In this document: positions 22,848 through 27,018 of the stretch, one piece after another
Layout of the letters: every line of letters begins with the position of its first letter
Numbering within the stretch: position 1 is the first letter of the stretch
Origin: an uncultured Verrucomicrobiota bacterium
GTDB lineage: Bacteria; Verrucomicrobiota; Verrucomicrobiia; Limisphaerales; UBA11358
Direction: 5' to 3'
Length of the DNA: 27,018 nt
NCBI GenBank assembly: GCA_964249225.1
Contig: CAXUBD010000001.1
Location: 12,026-39,043 of the forward strand
Made by a program: the position numbers and the translations under genes
The notes under the pieces: model-generated
Databases searched by the model: none
What the model was told of the DNA's origin: nothing
Seen by the model: only the letters and a program-made list of their open reading frames with translations

Positions 22848-25800
22848 ATGTCCGAGCCAGTTCAAAAGACGATAATTCCGTGGAAACGTTTTTGGTGTCG
22901 TTTCGGAGATGCAATCCATGTTGGAGAAGACCGACAGGGTTTTCTCACCGACCCCGAAGGCGAATTGTTCACGCGTCTGCACAATCCGCATCTTTTCACG
23001 TTCGACAAATTGCTGAATGAGAAATGCCTGATTCTATGTGGTGATCCCGGCACTGGCAAAAGCACTGTGCTTCAGCAGGCAAAATCCACCTTGGAAAATT
23101 CGCTTGGCGCAGACGGCAAGCTTATCTGGTTGGAATTCCGCGACGTGCCAAGTGATTCCGCTTTTGCACGACGAACATTTGAATCAGATGTTTGGAAGCA
23201 GTGGCAAAACTCCACGGGCAAACTTGTTCTGGTAGTGGATGGCGTTGACGAGGGTTTGGTCAAAATACCCGGCTTCGTCGCTTATCTGGCGAGTGAGTTG
23301 CGCAACGCACCGATTCAACGGCTTCAAATCGTGCTTGCGTGCCGTTCCGCCGTGTGGCCGGTTAGCGAAGGCGAGCAATTGATTCAGCTTTGGGGCATCA
23401 TTGAAAAACCCCCTGTTTTTGAGCTATGCCCATTACGTCATCGCGATGCCGTTCAGGCCGCAGAGATGGTGGGAATAGATGCAGTTAAGTTTATCCAGGC
23501 GATTTATCAGCAAAAGGTCGTCGGATTGGCGGCATTGCCGACAACTTTATTTTTCCTGCTGGATGAGTTTCGCGATGGTGGCGCATTTAGTGGGACGCAT
23601 CGGGAACTTTACGAACGAGGATGCCAGCGATTAGCGCGTGAAAATGACCCACAACGTATTGCAACGCTGCGGATGCTCCGAAATTCCGGTCGCGTCTCGA
23701 CGCCGGATGAAATTTACGAAGCCGCGCGTCGCCTTGCCGCGCTCCTTCTTCTATGCGGAAAATCAGCAATCCATATCGGCCCGATTGCAGATGCGAGCGC
23801 AGACGCCGATTTACATTTAAGCCAAGCGGTTGACAGTTCTGGTCTTGAAGTCAGTCCGCTCACAGAGGCCGTCTTTGACAACGCGGTTTGCAGCGCACTT
23901 TTTACGTCACGCGGACCACATAGGTTTGGATTTGCACATCAGACTTTCGCGGAATGCTTGGCAGCACAATTTCTGTCCCGCCTGCCGCTGGTGCAAATAA
24001 GAAAACTCCTGTGTGCTCGCGATGCCGGGGACGAACACGTCATTCCTCAATTGGCCGAAACAGCCGCATGGGTTGCCGGTATTCATGAAGATTTTTTTGA
24101 TTACCTGTGCCGGATCGAACCGGAAGCCTTGATACGAAGCGACATTTCAAAAGTTCAAAACCACCGGAAACAAGATTTGGTTGCGGCAATTTTGGAAAAG
24201 GCGAAGCGCGCGGATTTATTTGATGAAAGAAATTTTGACCGCTTTTTTAGCAGCCTAAAACACCCGCAGATTGCAAGCCAGCTTCGGCTTTATATTGCGG
24301 ACAAGACGCTCAACATCGTGGTGCGAAGAATGGCAATGAGCATTGCGCGCGAATGTGAGGTCATTGAATTGTGTGATGACTTTTTACGCATGATTCAAGA
24401 CGCGTCCGAAGCCCAGCAGTTTCGAGATCAGGCGGCTTACACGCTGGAGAATTTAACACCAGCCGCCCGGCTTGCCGAATTAATCCCACTTGCAACCGAA
24501 AAATCTGACCCGGATGACACCATACGCGGTTGCGCCATCCGTCGGCTCGTCCCAGAATTATGGTCGGTCTCACAAGCCGTGCCTTATCTTCATGCGCCGC
24601 GCAACGACCATTTTTTCGGTTCGTATCATTCGCTCCTGAAATATCACTTGCCCCGGCATCTCAAAGATGAGGACGCGCTGTTGATTTTGGAACTGCTTGT
24701 CCAAAAAACTCATTGTTTTGACACCATAAATGCCTTTCAAGAATTAGCCGAAGCCGCTTTCGTTCTGGCACTCAAAAATCTTTCAAAGCCCGACATCTGC
24801 CGGTTGGCGGTTCAAGTCTGGATGACGAAGGCAAAAAACTATCACCCACTGCCCCGCACTGCGGACTCGGCTGTTTTCAAATTATTTCGAGAGCGCGAAG
24901 ATTTGCGCCGAGAATTTGTCGCAGCCATCGTCAATGACCCGCAAATATCCGCTGACGACTTGATTCATTTTCGCAGCGGCGTTGGTTCGTTGTCTTCGCA
25001 GAATGATCTTGAATGGGCATTGCTTCAGATTGAAAAGTCGCCCCATGAACGACGAACGGCATGGGCTTCACTGATTTGGTCTGATTGCCAACCTGAATCC
25101 GCCTGCAAATGTTGGGATTTGTTGTTGCGGCAAATTAAAGAAATCCCCGAGCTGGAAAACAAATTCTCATGGCTGCGAGCATGGGATTTGGATGAGCCGA
25201 TTGCACGACAAGCGAAAGCGCAGTGGTTGAGGCAACAGCGATGGAAAAATCAGCATAAAAGACGAACACCAAGCCGGGACAATAAAAAATTACTAGAACA
25301 AGATTTTGCAGACATTGCCGCCGGAAAAACTTTCCGTTGGATTGAGCTTTGCGGTCAACTCACGGTGGAAGAAGACCAGACTCATATTTTTCACCCATTA
25401 ACTCACGATCTCACCGAATATCCGGGTTGGAAATGTGCCGACGAAGCTCGACGAAAAATCATTCGCGATGCCGCCAGAAATTTCCTCTTAAAACACAGTG
25501 ACGGTTATGCTGAAATTGGCGCTCCAACAAATTATTTTGAGCCTGGTTATATCGCAATATGGCTGCTTCGTGATGAAATTCGTGGTGACGCGGAATTAAG
25601 GACGGCAGTTGGCACGAAGTGGATTGATGCCTTGATTGGGCATTTCAACGGCGGGAGCGATTATTATCAGGAAACGGCGGCGCTGGCGTATGAATTAAGC
25701 CCCGACGCAACCTTGCGCGGATTCATCCGGGAGGCGAAAGCCGATGATAAGCAACACGGACAAATTCTCTCGCTGCACGGTTTTCGCAAATGTTGGGACG

Positions 25801-27018
25801 CGCGCTTCACTGCGGCGGCGTTGGATTTGATTCGCAATGGCAACCTCAAAAACGGCAGCATTGAATCCATTCTTCAAATCGTTGCGCCAATCGCACCAAT
25901 GGAAGCTGCCGCTTGTGCTGAACCGCTTCTTGATTCCGCATCGCTCGCAAACGCAGCAAACGATGAACGAACCGTCAATGTTTTAGCGGCGTGCATCGGT
26001 GGAATGCCTGCCGAGACATGGCACTTTGTGTGGCCAATCATTGAGGCCAATTCATCTTTGGCGGAAAAAGTTCTGACTCGCATTGCCGACCGAATAAATT
26101 ATCACCGGGAAAAATGCCTGCCAATGTTGACGGAAAAACAACTGGCTGATCTATATCTGAAAGTTCACAATTTTTTCCCGCCTGAAACTGATCCCGACTT
26201 CTCTCGCGGCGGATTTGTAAGTCCTCGCCAAAGTGTCGTGCATTTTCGTGGTGACATCATCGGCGCGCTGGAAGCGCGCGGAACAGAAGAGGCGTGCAAT
26301 GAGCTTTTACGGCTGGCGAATGCCTTGCCACGAGAAAACCTGTGGCTGCGCTGGCGCTATTACAACGCCCGAACGAGCAAGCGGCGCAAATCATGGATTC
26401 CACCAGAGCCAAAAATTGTCCTCGGTCTCGCTGCTCGTGCAGAGGCGCGGCTTGTTATTGATGCAGACGATCTCATGGAAGTCGTGCTGGAATCACTGAA
26501 CCGACTTCAAATCCAACTTACCCAAAACACTCTGCCTCGAAGCGAAGATTTGTGGAATTGGGATGGGGCCGATACACGGCGGCAAAACTTTCGCCACCTC
26601 GACGAAGCATTTTTATCGAATTATATTGCGCGCTGGCTACGCGATGATTTGGGTCAACGCGGAATTATCATTGGCCGAGAAGTGCAACCGCGCCTTGGGC
26701 AACGCACAGACATCCATGTCACTGCTGTGCCGCTTGAACAGACATCTTCTTTGCAAAATGTAACGGTGATTATTGAAATCAAAGGCTGTTGGAATAGTGA
26801 AGTGCGCACTGCAATTGACGCGCAACTTGTTGGCGACTATCTCCGTCCTAACGGCCTAACACACGGAATTTACTTGGTTGGTTGGTTTGTGTGCGACAAA
26901 TGGAGCAATCCGCAGAATAAATTGACGAGCCAAACATTTGCCGATGCGCAACAAGAAGTTGTTCAACTTGCCGCTGCGTATGACGGCAAAACCAATCCAG
27001 AGCGCATTGCCGCAATCG
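22848..27018 (+). CDS. NACHT/STAND NTPase with helical repeat region and C-terminal PD-(D/E)xK nuclease (>=1390 aa, 3'-partial)
   Basis: Frame translated by hand with no stop from ATG 22848 (alternative 22836) to the edge. Walker A GDPGTGKST (23040-23066), Walker B LVLVVDGVDE (23223-23252), sensor ACR, WHD FAHQTFAECLAA, C-terminal REVQ..RTDIHV...VIIEIKG. Confidence 0.9.
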   Translation, partial: MSEPVQKTIIPWKRFWCRFGDAIHVGEDRQGFLTDPEGELFTRLHNPHLFTFDKLLNEKCLILCGDPGTGKSTVLQQAKSTLENSLGADGKLIWLEFRDVPSDSAFARRTFESDVWKQWQNSTGKLVLVVDGVDEGLVKIPGFVAYLASELRNAPIQRLQIVLACRSAVWPVSEGEQLIQLWGIIEKPPVFELCPLRHRDAVQAAEMVGIDAVKFIQAIYQQKVVGLAALPTTLFFLLDEFRDGGAFSGTHRELYERGCQRLARENDPQRIATLRMLRNSGRVSTPDEIYEAARRLAALLLLCGKSAIHIGPIADASADADLHLSQAVDSSGLEVSPLTEAVFDNAVCSALFTSRGPHRFGFAHQTFAECLAAQFLSRLPLVQIRKLLCARDAGDEHVIPQLAETAAWVAGIHEDFFDYLCRIEPEALIRSDISKVQNHRKQDLVAAILEKAKRADLFDERNFDRFFSSLKHPQIASQLRLYIADKTLNIVVRRMAMSIARECEVIELCDDFLRMIQDASEAQQFRDQAAYTLENLTPAARLAELIPLATEKSDPDDTIRGCAIRRLVPELWSVSQAVPYLHAPRNDHFFGSYHSLLKYHLPRHLKDEDALLILELLVQKTHCFDTINAFQELAEAAFVLALKNLSKPDICRLAVQVWMTKAKNYHPLPRTADSAVFKLFREREDLRREFVAAIVNDPQISADDLIHFRSGVGSLSSQNDLEWALLQIEKSPHERRTAWASLIWSDCQPESACKCWDLLLRQIKEIPELENKFSWLRAWDLDEPIARQAKAQWLRQQRWKNQHKRRTPSRDNKKLLEQDFADIAAGKTFRWIELCGQLTVEEDQTHIFHPLTHDLTEYPGWKCADEARRKIIRDAARNFLLKHSDGYAEIGAPTNYFEPGYIAIWLLRDEIRGDAELRTAVGTKWIDALIGHFNGGSDYYQETAALAYELSPDATLRGFIREAKADDKQHGQILSLHGFRKCWDARFTAAALDLIRNGNLKNGSIESILQIVAPIAPMEAAACAEPLLDSASLANAANDERTVNVLAACIGGMPAETWHFVWPIIEANSSLAEKVLTRIADRINYHREKCLPMLTEKQLADLYLKVHNFFPPETDPDFSRGGFVSPRQSVVHFRGDIIGALEARGTEEACNELLRLANALPRENLWLRWRYYNARTSKRRKSWIPPEPKIVLGLAARAEARLVIDADDLMEVVLESLNRLQIQLTQNTLPRSEDLWNWDGADTRRQNFRHLDEAFLSNYIARWLRDDLGQRGIIIGREVQPRLGQRTDIHVTAVPLEQTSSLQNVTVIIEIKGCWNSEVRTAIDAQLVGDYLRPNGLTHGIYLVGWFVCDKWSNPQNKLTSQTFADAQQEVVQLAAAYDGKTNPERIAAI

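Larger units (their letters stand above)
19567..27018. mobile_element. Integrated element / genomic island inserted at the tRNA-Lys anticodon loop (right end outside window)
   Basis: Truncated tRNA, arm-like repeats, two excisionase-like and two XRE genes, defence-type cargo, visibly lower GC and looser codon bias. No integrase in the window. Confidence 0.8.

Noticed and set aside
22174-22991. Minus-strand ORFs 22174-22614 and 22572-22991, and a possible toxin remnant at 22179-22314
   Set aside because: They overlap better-supported genes; the remnant has an early stop or frameshift and no motif I can identify.
19574-27018. Integrase or relaxase gene in the island
   Set aside because: No tyrosine (R-H-x-x-R-H-Y) or serine recombinase ORF is visible; presumably beyond the window.

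Overview
Chromosomal window from a GC-rich bacterium, most likely Verrucomicrobiota (inferred from gene style and short NuoG; not provable from the window). 1-10040: nuoB-L of the complex I operon on the minus strand (nuoL runs off the left edge; nuoA absent). The operon is interrupted by an antisense tRNA-Gln(CUG) and has five periodic-repeat hairpins 9-12 nt upstream of start codons. 10248-19432: tandem thymidylate-kinase-like pair, ECF sigma/anti-sigma trio, stand-alone HisKA-like peptide, membrane Ser/Thr kinase coupled to an FHA-GAF-adenylate cyclase, tRNA-Gly(GCC), single-domain response regulator, UbiE/MenG methyltransferase and an MBL hydrolase. At 19536-19573 a tRNA-Lys(UUU) gene breaks off exactly at the end of its anticodon loop, marking the edge of an integrated element. 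The element carries arm-like repeats, duplicated excisionase-like and XRE regulators with palindromic operators, and small orphan ORFs. It also carries a >=1390-codon NACHT protein with a C-terminal PD-(D/E)xK nuclease (22848 to the window edge), which is missing from the supplied ORF track because it has no stop in the window. All translations and alignments were done by eye; no database searches were run.
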